From: Felis catus
Lineage: Eukaryota
Length of the DNA stretch: 64,000 bases
Assembly (NCBI RefSeq): GCF_018350175.1
Contig: NC_058368.1
Location: forward strand, 86,368,001 to 86,432,000
Direction of reading: 5' to 3'
Positions 1 through 13,369 of this stretch are shown in pieces (position 1 is the first letter of the stretch; each line of letters begins with the position of its first letter). The translations under genes were made by a program, and so were the position numbers. Under the pieces are notes generated by a model that saw only the letters and a list, made by a program, of their open reading frames with translations, did not search any database and was not told the DNA's origin.

Positions 1-228
1 TTTTTTTTTTTAATTTTTTTTTCAACGTTTATTTATTTTTTTTGGGACAGAGAGAGACAGGGCATGAACGGGGGAGGGGCAGAGAGAGAGGGAGACACAG
101 AATCGGAAACAGGCTCCAGGCTCTGAGCCATCAACCCAGAGCCTGACGCGGGGCTCGAACTCACTGACCGCGAGATCGTGACCTGGCTGAAGTCGGACGC
201 TCAACCGACTGCGCCACCCAGACACCCC
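1..228 (-). mobile_element. Young felid Can-SINE (SINEC_Fc-like)
   Basis: tRNA-Lys-derived head, (CT)n region, aataaacgttgaaaa tail, many CpGs retained. Confidence 0.95.
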
Positions 229-254
229 TGTTATGTTCCAGTTTTACAACATCA

Positions 255-640
255 CTAGATTGAATAGCTGACAGTGGTCATACAGTCATTATATGAACAG
301 TTATTTTTATAAGCAGACACCTATGCATACTTTTCAGACAACTGTATACATTCATCACTTATCCCAGCACTTTTCATTTTAGATAATTTCGTAAAGACTG
401 AGGAACAACCATGATTGCAGTTCTTCTTTACCTAGACATTAAAGATAAGACTTCTCTTGTGTATGTGTGTTCACTTGGGAAAGTCCAGTGAGACTTGAAT
501 AATATAGTTTAAGTCACTAATAGAAGATGGCCTAAGGCCAAGATTTATTTCTTTACAAGTTTTCTGACATTTATTAAAGATCACTTTAGTGGGGAATCAA
601 AAATATATTTTCCATATTCTTCCAATATTATTATGTCTTT
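255..640. repeat. Diverged duplicated module, copy A (paralogue of 23320-23720)
   Basis: Collinear shared anchors: tgaatagctgaca, cttatccc.gcactt, attttagataa, ttcacttggga, tgagactt, atggcct.aggccaa, attatgtct. Confidence 0.8.
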
Positions 641-1049
641 TAACACATATGGAGTCATATATTTTATATATTGTTATTCCATAATTGCATAAAAATAGCC
701 TGTAAATATATTACTTTCTTTGGCATGTTGGAGGATATTGGCTAGAAAATTTGATACACTATAATGGAATATAATGAATTTAATACAAACAAATATTCGG
801 AAATTCTTATATTATCCCATAATAATTTAGGGTAGATACTGATTTTTGAATTTTTCCAATTCAATTGGAAATTACCATTAAATCATAAAATATATTTTAC
901 ATTTTAAAATAGGTTATAAAAAGACATACTACTGCTTTTGATAGACTACTATTTATAAAATATTCAATAATGCATTTTTTAATGCAGATAACCCGTTAAA
1001 TGTTCTTAGATTTCCTATGGTCTCTAGTAGTTTCACCAGTGATATGTTT

Positions 1050-1288
1050 TGTTTTTTGTTTTTTGTTTTTTAATTTTTTTTTCAACGTTTTTTATTTATT
1101 TTTGGGACAGAGAGAGACAGAGCATGAACGGGGGAGGGGCAGAGAGAGAGGGAGACACAGAATCGGAAACAGGCTCCAGGCTCTGAGCCATCAGCCCAGA
1201 GCCCGATGTGGGGCTCGAACTCACGGACCGTGAGATCGTGACCTGGCTGAAGTAGGACGCTTAACTGACTGCACCACCCAGGCGCCCC
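1050..1288 (-). mobile_element. Young felid Can-SINE with TSD
   Basis: TSD accagtgatatgttt at 1035-1049 and 1290-1304. Confidence 0.95.
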
Positions 1289-1339
1289 AACCAGTGATAT
1301 GTTTATCTTGCGAAGGAGTACTACAATTACTTTAGAGTT

Positions 1340-1645
1340 TTTTTCAAACTTTTTTCTGTGATAAAATATATCAAAACACAAAACACAAAACACAAAATTG
1401 TCAATTTTTAACCATTTTGACTGTACAATTCAGTGAAATTAAGTACATTCACATTTTGTTCAATCATCCTTATGATCCCTTTCTAGAATATTTTCACCAT
1501 CCCAAACTGAAGCTTCTCATCCTGCAATTCTAACAATTCTTTGTATCAGTTAATTTGCCAATTCTAATTACATCATAATTGGAAACACACAGTATTTTCC
1601 TTTTCTGTCTGACTTGTCTACCTTAGAAAAATGTTCCCATGTTTT
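1340..1645 (-). mobile_element. Old L1M (MB/MC-like) 3' end fragment
   Basis: tgtacaattcagtg..attaagtacattcacatt motif typical of old L1M 3' UTRs. Confidence 0.6.
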
Positions 1646-1649
1646 TTCT

Positions 1650-4600
1650 TTTATTATTAATTATTATTATTATTATTATTATTATTATTTATTTTAAATT
1701 CCAATATAGTTAACATAGAGTATTATATTATTTTCAGGCATGCAATGTAGTGATTTTACAATTCTATATGTTATTCAGTGCTTATCATGCCAAGTGTACT
1801 CCTTAATTTCCATCACCTGTTTCACTCATCCAACCCACATCTCCACTATGGTATTCTATACTTCACAGTCTGTTTCTATGGTTTATCAATTTTTTCCATT
1901 TATTTTGTTTCTTAAATTCCACATAGGAGTGAAATCATATGGAATTACTCTTCTCTGATTGACTTCTTTTGCTAAGCATTATAGTCTCTAGCTCTGCCTA
2001 TGTTTTACAAATGACAAAATTTATTTTTTATGGCTCTGTAATATTCCATTATGTATGTATATATGTCACTTCTTCTAATCCATTCATAAGTCGATGGGCA
2101 TTTGGGATCTTTCTATAATTTAGCTTTTGTATGTAATGCTACTATAAACATTGTGGTACATATATACCTTCGAATAAGTATTTTAGTATTATTGTGTAAA
2201 CACCAAAAGTACAATTGTTGTATCAGAGTGTAGCTGTATTTTTAACATAATGAAGAAACTCTGTATTGTTTTCCAGAGTAGTTGAACCAGTTTACATTTC
2301 CAAAAACAGTGTAAGAGTGTTCCCCATTCTCCACATCCTTGCCAACAACTCCTGTTTCTTGTGTTGTTGACTTTAGCCACTCTGACAGTGTAAAGTGATA
2401 TATTATTGAAGTTTTGATTATATATCCCTGATGATCAGCGATGTTGAACATCTTTTCATTTTTCTTGGTCATTGGTGTGTCTTCTTTGGGAAAATATCTG
2501 TTTATGTTTTCTGTTCATTTTTTAATTAAATTTTTAGTTTCTTGGGTGTTGAGTTTTGTAAGTTACATTTTTGGGATACTAACCCTTTATCAGAAATGTC
2601 ATTTGCAAATATCTTCTCCCATTCTGTATGTCACCTTTTAGTTGTGCAGATTGTCTCTGTTGTACAGAAGTCTTTGTTTTAATGAAATTCCAATGGTTTA
2701 TTTTTGCTTTTGTATCCCTTGCCTCAGGAGACATATCTAGTAAGAAGTGGCTAAGGCTGATATCCAAGAGGTTGCTGACTGTATTCTCTTTTAGGATTTT
2801 AATGATTTCCTCTCTCATATATACATATATAGGTTTTTAATCCATTTTGTATTTATTTTGGTGTATGATATAAGAAAGTGGTCTAGTTTTTTTCTTCTGC
2901 ATGTTTCTTCTTCAGTTTTCCCAACACCATTTGCTGAAAAGTCTGTCCCCTGTGCCACCATTGGATATTTATTCTTGCTTTGTCAAAGATTAGTTGCCCA
3001 TATATTTGTGGTTTCATTTCTGGTTTCTCTATTCTTTTCCATTGACCTGTGTGCCTATTTTTGTGTCAGTACCACACAGTTTCGATCACTAGCACTTTGT
3101 AATATAACTTGAAATTTGGAATTGTGATGTCACTAGATTTGCTTTTTTTCTTTTTCAAGATTGTTTTATCTATTCTGAGTGTTTTGTGGTTTCATACCAA
3201 TTTTAGGAATGTTTGTCCTATCTCTGTGAGAAACGCTGGTGTCATTTTGATAGAGATTGCATTAAATGTGTAGATTACTTTGGGTACTATAGACCTTTTA
3301 GTAGTATTTGTTCTTCCAAACCATGAGCATTGACTGCCTTTCCATTTCTTAGAGTTATCTTCAGTTTCTTTCATCCTTGTTTTATAGTTCTCAGAGTACA
3401 GATCTTTTTCCTCTTTGGTGGGGTTATCCTGAGGTATTTAAAGGTTTCTGGTGCAATTGTAAATGGGACTGATTCCCTGATTTTTCTTTCTGCTGCATTA
3501 TTGGTATATACAATGCAACATATTTCTGTACATTAATGGCTTATCCTGTGACTTTACTGAATTTATGTATTATTTCCAGCATTTTTATGGAGTTTTTTGT
3601 TTTCCAAATAGAGTACTGTTTCATGTGCAAACAGTGAAAGTTTTAATTCTTCCTTGCCTATTTTGATGCCTTGTTTTTTTGTGTGTTGTCTGATTTCTGT
3701 GGCTAGGAATTTCAATACTATTTTCAATAACAGGGTTAAGAGTGGAAATCCCTGTCTGGTTCCTGAGCATAGAGGAAAAACTCTTAGCATTTCTCCATTG
3801 AAGATGATATTATCTGTGTGTTTTTAATAAATGTTTTTTATTATGTTGAGTTTTGGTCCCTCTATGCTAACTTTATTGAATTTTTTAAAATCAAGAATGG
3901 ATGTTGTACTTTGTCAAATGCTTTTTCTTCATCTATTGAAATTATCATATGGTTCAAATCATTTCTTTTATTAATGTGGTGGATCATATTGATTGATTTG
4001 GGAATATTGAACGATGCTTGAAAACCAAGAATAAATCCCACTTGATCCTGGTGAATAATTCTTCGAATATACTGTTGTATTCAATTTTATGTTATTCTAT
4101 TGAGAGTTTTTGCATCCATATTCATCAGGGATATTGATGTATAGTTCACTTTATTAGTGGAGTCTTTGTCTGCTTTTTGTTACTAGGTTAATGCTGGCTT
4201 CATAAATGAATTTGGAAGATTTCCTTTCTTTTTTTATTTTTTGGAATAATTTGAGAAGAATAGATAATTAGCTTTTCTTCAAATGTTTGGTAGAATTCTC
4301 CCGTGAATCCACCTGGCCTGGACTTTTGTTTTTTGGGTGATTTTTTATTACTTATTCAATTTATTTGCTGGTTATCAGCTTGTTCAAATTTTCTATTCCT
4401 TCCTGCTTCAGTTTTTCTTTTCTTAAGATTTATTTATTTTTGAGAGAGAGCACAAGGCAGGAAGAGGCAGAGAGATAGGGGTACAGAAGATCCAAAGGGG
4501 CCTCTGTGTTGACAGCAGAAGCACCATGCAGTGCTTGAAGTCACAAACCATGAGATCATTGCTTGAGCTACAGTCAGACACACAACTGACTAAGCCACCC

Positions 4601-7587
4601 AGGTATCCCCCGTTTCAATTTTTATAGTTTATATGTTTCTAGGAAATTATCCATTTCTTCCAGGTTGTTTGATTTGTTGGCATATAGTTCTTGATAATAC
4701 TCTCTTATAATTGTTTTTATTTCTATGGTATTATTTTTTCTCCTCTTGAATTTGTGATTTTATTTATTTTGGTCTGTTTTCCTTTCTATTTGATAAGTGT
4801 AGCTATGTGTTTATCAATTTTATTAATTTTTACAAAGAACCAACTGCTGCTAAAATTGATCTGTTCTGTTGTTGTTGTTGTTTAGTTTCTATTTCATTTC
4901 TTTCTGTTCTAATCTTTATTATTTTCCTCCTGTTGACTTCAGGCTTCATTTTTTGTTCTCTTTCTATATCTTCTAGGTGTAACATTAGGTCTTTATTTGA
5001 AAATCTTCTTGTTTCTTAAAGTAGGCCTGTATGACTGTTTTCATCTTACTTAGGACCACTATTGCTCTGTCACCATTGCTTGGAAACTTGTGTTTTAATT
5101 TTCATTTATTCCCAAGCATTTTTTTTAAATTTCCTCTTTGATTTCCTAGTTTAACCATTCATTGTTTAGTAGCAATGTGTTCAACCTCCTAGTATTTGTG
5201 GTCTTTGCAAATTTTTTCTTACACTTCACTTGAATTTTGATAGTGTTGTGGCAGGAAAATATGCATGGTAGGATATAAATCTTTTTGTACTTCTTGAAGA
5301 CTATTTGTAACTTAATATGTGGTCTGTTGTGGGTAATATACCATGTGAACTTGAAAAGAATATGTATTCTGCTGTTTCAGGATAAAATGTAAATTTATCT
5401 CTTAAGTACCTCTGGTCCAGTGTATCATTTAAAGCCATTGGTTCCTTGTTGATTTTCTGCTTAGATGATCTGTTCATTGAGTTAAGCGGGGTGGTATAGT
5501 TCCCCACTATTACTGTATTATTATCAATAAGTTCCTTTATGCTTGTTATTATCTGTTTATATATTTGGGTGCTTCCATCTTGGTGCATAAATATTTTCAA
5601 TTGTTAGATCTTCTTGTTGAATGTTCCCATTTATGGGTATATAGTGTCTTATTTTGATTTTTGTTACAGTCTTTGTTTTATGGGCTAGTATGTCTGATAT
5701 AAGAATTGTTACTCTGACTTTCCTTTGACATTCATTTGAATGATAAATATTTCTCCATCTTCTCACTTTCAATCTTCAGGTGTATTTAGGTCTAAAATGA
5801 GTCTCTTACAGGCAGCAAATGTATGGAATTCCTCCCCCCATTCTGACACTTAATGTATTTTGATTTAGAGTAATTATTGATAGTAGGTATTCAGTGCCAT
5901 TTTATTACTTGTTTTGTCATTGTATCTGGAGATGCTCAAAGTTCTTTCCTTGTCTTTGTACTTTTGGTCTTTCCTTTCCACTCAAAGAGTTCCCTTAATG
6001 TATCTTGCAGGTCTGATGCAGTGGTTATAAACTACTTTAGCTTTTGTTTATCTGGGAGCATCTTTATCTTTCCTTCTATTCTGAACTACAGCTTTGCTGG
6101 ATAGAATATTCTTGGCTGCAGATTTTTCTCATTCAGCATTTTGAATACATCATGCCACTTCTTTCTGGCTTGGCAAATTCCTTTCAAATATCTGCAGCTA
6201 CCCTTATGGGTCCACCCTTATAAGCTAAGGATTTCTTTTGTCTTGCTCTTTTTAGAATTTTTTATTACTACTTTTTTTTTCAAATTTAATTGTCATATGT
6301 GTTTGTGTGGGCCTACGTTTGTTCTTGTTTTTTTTTTTTTTTTGAGGAGTTCTCTGTGCCTTATTGATATAGATGTTTGTTTCAATCCCCCATTAGGGTA
6401 GTTTTCACCTATTATTTCTTCAAACAGATTTTCAACCCCTATTTCTCTCTTTTTCTTCTGGAACTCCTATATTAAGATGGTTATTATTTTTGATGAATCA
6501 CTGAGTTCCCTATGTCTATAGTTGTGTTCCTTAATTCTTCTTCCTCTCTTTTGTTCAGTTTAATTTTTCCACTATTTTGTCTTCTATATCACTTATTCAT
6601 TCCTCTGCTTCTTCCAGCCTTGTGTTCATTGCATCAAATTGTTTCCATTCTCAGTTATTGCATTTTTCATTTCTGACTTACACTTTTTTAACTATTTTAT
6701 CTCTAACCAAGCGAGTATCCTTTTGATCATTGCTTTAAAGTTTCCATTCGGTATGTTACTATTATCTGTTTCACTAAAATCTCTAGGTGTGGACTTATCT
6801 TGTTCTTTCATTTGGAATGAACTCTTCCTTCTTGGCATTTTGTATATGGCATAGAAAAGCCAGTTATGTTTCCTGTTACTGAAAGTAATGGCTTTATGAA
6901 AAGTGGTCACATAGGGTCCAGGACCTGACACTTTGGGGAGTGTCTCTGGTGTGTGCTGCATGCACTCTGCTGCTGTGTTTTGGTTGCTCTGTCCTTCAGG
7001 CCAGTCATCTGCAGATGTTTTTCTTGCTTGATGTGGGAAGTTTGTGGTTCCTGGCCTGAAAGTGGTGAGTTTTAATTAGATGTGCTCTGGTCTGCATTTG
7101 AAGGAAACCTGACACCACTTCCATCAGAAGTGAGGCCCCAAAGAACTTTTATAAGAATTGTGCTGTGGGCAGGGTTGTGTGGTGGTCTTCCGGGGAAGGG
7201 TTCCACTGTGCTGAGGCTAAGGCAAGCTTGACTGAGTATGGTATTTATGCCACAGCATAATCAAGCTGTGGCACTTGATGTAAGCAAGACAGGCAGCTTG
7301 TGTGGACTCAGCACTACTTCTCACAAGTGGCTCTGTGTTTATGCTGAGGATCAGGGGAGACAAGTGACACTAACCAGGTACTTGTAACCACAGAGGCATT
7401 TCCAGGAACACTGTCTTTCAGTGACTTCCTCTAAGAAGAGGAAATTATCTCCCCCCACACACACCCTTGTGCTCAAGGTTTTTGTCAGGTGACTGTTTTC
7501 ACATTCCCTGCTTTCTATTCAGGAGTAGGGTAGCACCCACAGGGCTCTATTCCAGCCAAACACACTGTCATTTAAAACTCCAGTCTT
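1650..7587 (-). mobile_element. Near full-length decayed carnivore LINE-1 (3' UTR, ORF2, ORF1, part of 5' UTR)
   Basis: (TTA)n tail at 1650-1690, ORF2 fragments at 2189-3790, endonuclease at 5301-5772, ORF1 N-terminus MPRRKS..KEQDK at about 6840; many stops and frameshifts. Confidence 0.9.
4417..4610 (-). mobile_element. Older Can-SINE inside L1
   Basis: Diverged SINE body ending taagccacccaggtatcccc. Confidence 0.85.
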
Positions 7588-9292
7588 GATGAGGTCCCAA
7601 TAGTTCATGTTTGATTTTATTTCCCTTGCCTCCAGAGACATGTCAAGTGAGAAGTTGCTGCACCTGAGCTCAGAAAGGTTACATCCTGTCTTCTCCTCTA
7701 GGATTTTGATGGTCTCCTATCTCGTATTTAGGTCTGTCTTCCATTTGAATTTACTTTTGTGTATGGTATAAAGAAATGGTCCAGCTTAATTCTTCTGCAT
7801 GTTGCTGTCTGGTTCTCCCAGCACCATTTGCTAAACACTGTATTTTTCCATTAGATATTCTTTCCTGCATTGTCAAAGATTTGGCCATATATTTGTGTGT
7901 CCATTTCTGGGTTCTCTTTTGGATTCCATTGGTCTATATGTCTGTTTTTGTGCCAATACCATACTGTCTTGCTGATTATAGCTCTGTAATACACACTAAA
8001 TTCTGGATTTTGATGCTTCCAGGTTTGTTTTTCTTTGACTACATTACTTTGGCTCTTTAGGGTCTTTTGTGGTTCCATACAACTTTTAGGATTGTTTTTT
8101 GTTTGTTTGTTTGTTTGTTTGTTTTAATCTATGTGAAGAATGGTGGTGCTATTTTGGTTGGGATTGCATTAAAAGTGTAGATTGTTTTAGGTAGTATGGA
8201 CATTTTAACAATATTTGTTTTTCTAATCCATGAGCATGGAATGTTTTTACACCTTATCAAGATAAATAGATTCCACACAGGAAAGGAAACAGTCAACAAA
8301 ACTAAAAGGCAACCGACAGAATGGGAGAAGATATTTGTAAATGCCATTTTGGATAAAGGGTTAGTATCCAAAATCTATAAAAAATTTACCAAACTAAACA
8401 CCCTAAAGACAAATAATCCAGTGAAGAAATGGGCAGAAGTCATGAATAGACACTTTTCCAAAGAAGACATTCAGATGGCAAACAGACACCTGTCAAGATG
8501 CTCAACATCACTCATCATCATGGAAATACAAATGAAAACTACAATGATATACCACTTCACATGGTCATAGTGGCTAAAATTAAGAACTTAGGAAATAATG
8601 GATGTTGGCAACGATATGGAGAAAGGAGATCCCTTTTGCTCTGTTGGTGGGAATGCAAACTGGTGCAGCCACTCTGGAAAACAGTGTGAAGCTTCCTCAA
8701 AAAATTAAAAACATAATTACCTTATAACCCAGAAATAACACTACTGGGAATTTATCCAAAGGATACAAGAGTGCTGATTTATATCCCAATATTTACAGGT
8801 AGATAGATAAATAGATATCAAATAGAATACTACTTGGTGACCAGAAAGAATGAAATCTTGCCATTTGCATCAACATGGATAGAACTGGAGGGTATTATGC
8901 TAAGTGAAATAAGTCAGCCAGAAAAAGACAGATATCATATGATTTCACTCATATATGGGATTTACAGAGCTTAACAGAGGGCCATAGGGGAAGGGAAGGA
9001 AAAGTAAGTTATAAACAGAGAGGGTGGAAAACCCTAAAAGATTCTCAAATACATGAACAAACTGAAGGTTGATAGGGGTGGGGAGTTGAGGGGAGTTGAG
9101 GGGTGAGGGAGATAAGTGATGGGCATTTATGAGGGCACATTTTGGGATGAGCACTGGGTGTTCTATGTAAAGTAATGAATCATAGGATTCTATTACTGAC
9201 TCCAAGACTGTCCTGTATGTTAGCTCATTTGACAATAAATTTTAAAAAATAAAATAAGTAAAAATAAATAAAACTTAAAACAAAAAAAACCC
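7588..9292 (+). mobile_element. 5'-inverted (twin-primed) L1: antisense 7588-8250, sense 8251-9292
   Basis: Orientation switch at about 8250, A-rich tail at 9235-9290, TSD core ctccagtctt at 7578-7587 and 9293-9302. Confidence 0.9.
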
Positions 9293-9302
9293 CTCCAGTC
9301 TT

Positions 9303-9650
9303 TAACAAGTCCCACTAGTTGCAAGAACTCACAAAAATCAGCCCCTCTGGTTTTCCCACCCAGTGGCTTGTGGGAAATATTCTCCCCAGTGTGCTCCTGT
9401 CTCTCACCTTTCACTGCAATCAGGGCTCCAACCCCTCTGCAGAACCTGTAATCCCTTTCCCCAACAAACCACATTTTCACGCTTCCTTTCTTTTTCCATG
9501 TGGCTTCTTCTTTCCCTTTAGTTGTGGAGTTTGATCTGTCAGCCTTCAGAATGATTTCCAGGGTATTTACAATGATTTGATAGCTATCTAGTTTTCTTTA
9601 CTGGGAGGACATGGGCCTAGGTTTTTCTTACCATTTTTCCATCTTTCAGC
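9303..9650 (-). mobile_element. 5' end of the host L1 (continuation of 1650-7587)
   Basis: 5' UTR-like sequence resumes after the TSD and ends in ccatctt (aagatgg on the minus strand), a typical L1 start. Confidence 0.7.
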
Positions 9651-9935
9651 CCCATTCTCTCTTTCAATTTTTAAGACAGAAATTTGCAGAATACAGAATG
9701 CTAGGTTATTATTGTTGTTTTGTTTTGTTTTCCTCTCTCAACACACTAAATATTTCATTTCACTCTTTTCTGTTTAAATGTTTTCTGAGAAATCAGAAGT
9801 AATTTTTAGCTTTGGTCCTCTTTATGTAATATGTCCCTTCCCAAACTTCTTTAATGACTTTTTCTTTATCTTTACTTTTTGTAATTTGAAAATGATAAGC
9901 CCAAGTTTATTAGTTTTCTCACTTTTTCCTGTCCT

Positions 9936-9986
9936 TCTTTCCTTTCCTTTCCTTTCCTTTCCTTTCCTTTCCTTTCCTTTCCTTTT

Positions 9987-10026
<40 letters not shown>

Positions 10027-10030
10027 TTGT

Positions 10031-10069
<39 letters not shown>

Positions 10070-10077
10070 CTCTTTCT
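9936..10077. repeat. Compound microsatellite (TTTCC)n(TTTC)n
   Basis: Directly visible; explains ORFs 9778, 9822 and 9919. Confidence 0.97.
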
Positions 10078-10384
10078 ATGGTTGTGTGTTTTGTTTGTTT
10101 TGTTTTGCCTTGCATTTCTCCTGCTTGCCATTCTCTGTGCCTCCCTGATCCTTGGTTAGCTTTCACACATATATTATTTTTTCTTTGTTTTTTTTTCTTC
10201 CCATTTTGGTATTGTCATTATGCATGCGTTACACATTTTGTAGTGTCACACAGTCTTGAGTAATCTCGGTTTTGATGTTGTTTGTTTCGTTTTTGAACAT
10301 TCTATTGATACATAATCTAGCTCAGAGATTCTTCCTCCATCCATGTGTAGTCTAGTAATAAGCCCCACTCATTCATTATTTTTT

Positions 10385-10624
10385 TCAAATAGAAAAAATA
10401 TTTATTTATTTTTTGAGAGAGAGAGAGAGACAGCAAGCAGAGGAGGTGGAGAGAGACAGAGGCAGAGACACAGATAGAAACAGAGAGACAGAGAGAGAAT
10501 CCCAAGCAGGCTGTGCATTGTCAATGCAGAGCCCAACTCGGGCTCAATCTCACAAACTACAAATCATGATCTGAGCTGAAATGAAGAGTTGGACACTTAA
10601 GTGACTAAGCCATCCAGGTGCTTC
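10385..10624 (-). mobile_element. Can-SINE
   Basis: SINE body flanked by tcattcatt on both sides. Confidence 0.88.
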
Positions 10625-10817
10625 TCATTCATTCTTTACATTTGTTACTGTGTTGTTTCTTTTTAAATATGTAGAATTTTTTTTTAGTATTTCCATACTT
10701 CTGCTTACATTGGCCATCTGCTTTTGAATGCAGTCCACTTTATCTGTTACAAACCTTAGCATCTTAATCATAGTTTGTTTTTGTTTTTGTTTTTGTTTTT
10801 GTTTTAATTCCTGGTTT

Positions 10818-11339
10818 GCATGATGAGATACCACCCCACACCTCTCAAGTGTCTAAAATTAACAACACACGAAACAATAGATGTTGACAAAGATGGAGAG
10901 AAAAGGGAACCTTCATATACTGTTACCGGGAATGTGAACTGATGCATTTGTAAAACCACTTGCCATTTGCAAAACACTAATGGAGCTAGAGTATATTAGG
11001 CAAGGAAAAACAAGTCAGTCATAAAAAGATAAATACCAAATGATTTCATTCATATGTGGAATTTAAGAAATAAAACAGATGAACATAGGCAAATGGGAAA
11101 AAAGCGAGGGAGGCAAACCATAAGACACTCTTCAACTATAAAGAACAAAATGTCAGGTGCTGGAAGGGAGGTGAGTGGTGTGTAGGCTACATGGGTGATG
11201 GGTATTGAGGAGGACACTTGATGTGATGAGGACTATGTGTTGCATATAAGTGATGAATCACTAAATTCTACTCCTGAAACCAATATTTCACTACATGGTA
11301 AATAACTGGAATTTAAGTAAAAACTTAAATAAAAAATAG
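10818..11339 (+). mobile_element. Short L1 3' end with internal deletion
   Basis: TSD aattc(c/t)tggttt at 10806-10817 and 11340-11351; ORF2 end plus 3' UTR. Confidence 0.85.
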
Positions 11340-12115
11340 AATTCTTGGTTTAATAATTCTAACATCTCTGCCACATATAATTCTGATTTTTGTTCTGCCT
11401 CTTCCCAATTTTATTTCCTTCTAGAGTGTTTTGTAATTTTTTTGATGGGGAGAGATTATGCAACCATTAAAATAAATGGTATATAAAGCCCTTTAGTTAT
11501 TTGATGGTGAGGTAGGTATGTGGGGGAGGAGACAACATTTGATACTCTTATGATCTGTCTTTAACTTTTAATAAGCTTGTGTTTCAGGACTGTGAAATTC
11601 ACAAACATTTCTTATCTTGTCTCTTCATGGGGGGAAATATGTGTACTTAAGGTGGAGTTGGGGTGTTTTTCTTCTCCCATGTGGAAGGCTTCTTGGTGTT
11701 TGGGTATTTTTATTTCCACAGGTCAAGATGTGATATTAACCCATGTTAGGGCAAGTTAATATGTTAGGCTCTGGTTAACAGTTTCTCCCGAGGGCACAAC
11801 TTGGTAAAACTAAGAGTGTTCTGGAGTATTTATTTTTTTCTTGTTTTCCTTCTCCCTGCTGAAAACTTTAGTAATTTTTCCCCCTAGGATTTACTGTGGA
11901 AACCTGACCTCTAAAACCATAGGGACTCTTTATTTCAGGATTCTTCTGGAGATTTTAACCTTCAGAGTTGTCTACAATAAGACTTTAGCAATGAATCAAT
12001 TATAGTTCAGGTTGTCCTGTTTCAACACTGGTTCATGCTCTTATATCTGCTCTAATGAGTCATTGCTACAGTAAGATATGGAGCTCTATATTCACCTGAC
12101 AATATCTCTAATCTT

Positions 12116-12333
12116 TTTTTTAAAACGTTTATTTATTATTGAGAGACAGAGAGAGAGACAAAGCATGAGCATGGGAGGAGCAGAGAGAGGAGGAGACACA
12201 GAATCAGAAGCAGGCTCCAGGCTTTGAGCTGTTAGCACAGGAGCCTGATGCTGGGCTAGAACTCACAAACCCAGTGAGATCATGACTTGAGCCGAAGTCA
12301 AATGCTCAATCAACTGAGCCACCTAGGTGCCCC
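12116..12333 (-). mobile_element. Can-SINE with TSD
   Basis: TSD aatatctctaatctt at 12101-12115 and 12337-12351. Confidence 0.93.
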
Positions 12334-12379
12334 AAAAATATCTCTAATCTTAAGGCCCATGGTTACCCCTATACTTTTC

Positions 12380-12604
12380 TTTAACTTTAAATTTTTTTTC
12401 AATGTTCCATTTATTTTTGAGAGACACAGAGAGAGAGTACAATCTGGGGAGGGACAGAGAGAGAGGGGGACACGGAATCCAAAGCAGGCTCCAGGCTCTG
12501 AGCGGTCAGCACAGAGTCCAATGTGGGGCTCAAACTCGTGAACCATCAACTCATGACCTGAGTTGAAGTCTGACACTCAACCGACAGAGGCACCCATGTG
12601 CCCC
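12380..12604 (-). mobile_element. Can-SINE
   Basis: Typical SINE body. Confidence 0.92.
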
Positions 12605-13369
12605 TTTTCTTCTTTACCTTTTGGACATAAACAGAGTTCTCAATATTTAATTCTGTTTACATTTTTACTTGGCAAAATAACAAGTGATTCCCGGATTTAT
12701 TATGGGAATAACGAGAAACCAGATGTCTGAATAGATAGAAAATTTCTACCAAGAGTATTACTGAACATTTTTGGGCAGTAAATATTTGGAATTCTAGGCT
12801 ATGAAAAGTTAAAGTTTTATTTTTGCAAAGCTGAAAATAAAAACTTGCTTTTGAATGTAAGAGCAGACTATGCCTGGTGTACTCAGGCGATTGGGAATAT
12901 TTATTCTTTACAGCATGAAACACATGTGTGCAGCAAAATGAGGAAAACATTTTATTAGGTGTGTGGATATGGTTGTACTAATATAAATTTCTATAGGAAA
13001 TAAAGACATTTATGTTCATAACTCATAACTACCCAAAATATATATGGGGATTTAAGTTCACAATTCTGAAGAATTTTAACATTAGATACAATGGAACCTG
13101 TTGGTGCAATTTCAGGGCAGAATTATCCTTAGCAAACCACAACAACCATGGGTGAATACCAGATAATAGACATAGTGAGATAGGTCTGTGTTCAATCAGA
13201 GAAGTACTGAATCCTGATCAGCCCATAAAACTCAGATAATACAGGGATCCTAAAATACCTCTGTGCTTCCTGAACAGTGTAGAGAAGGTGTGGATGCATA
13301 CTTCTCCAATGATGCAAAACGGTGAGAATGGCATGGCACCATGGCATTCAATGTATTCTATAAGATGAG

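Larger units (their letters stand above)
9660..12100 (-). mobile_element. Ancient L1M 5'/ORF1-region fragments, interrupted by younger repeats
   Basis: Motifs such as cagaatacagaatgctaggtt and aaatatttcatttcactct resemble old L1M sequence. Confidence 0.5.

Noticed and set aside
9778..10263. 161 aa and 114 aa ORFs
   Set aside because: Translations of the (TTTC)n microsatellite.
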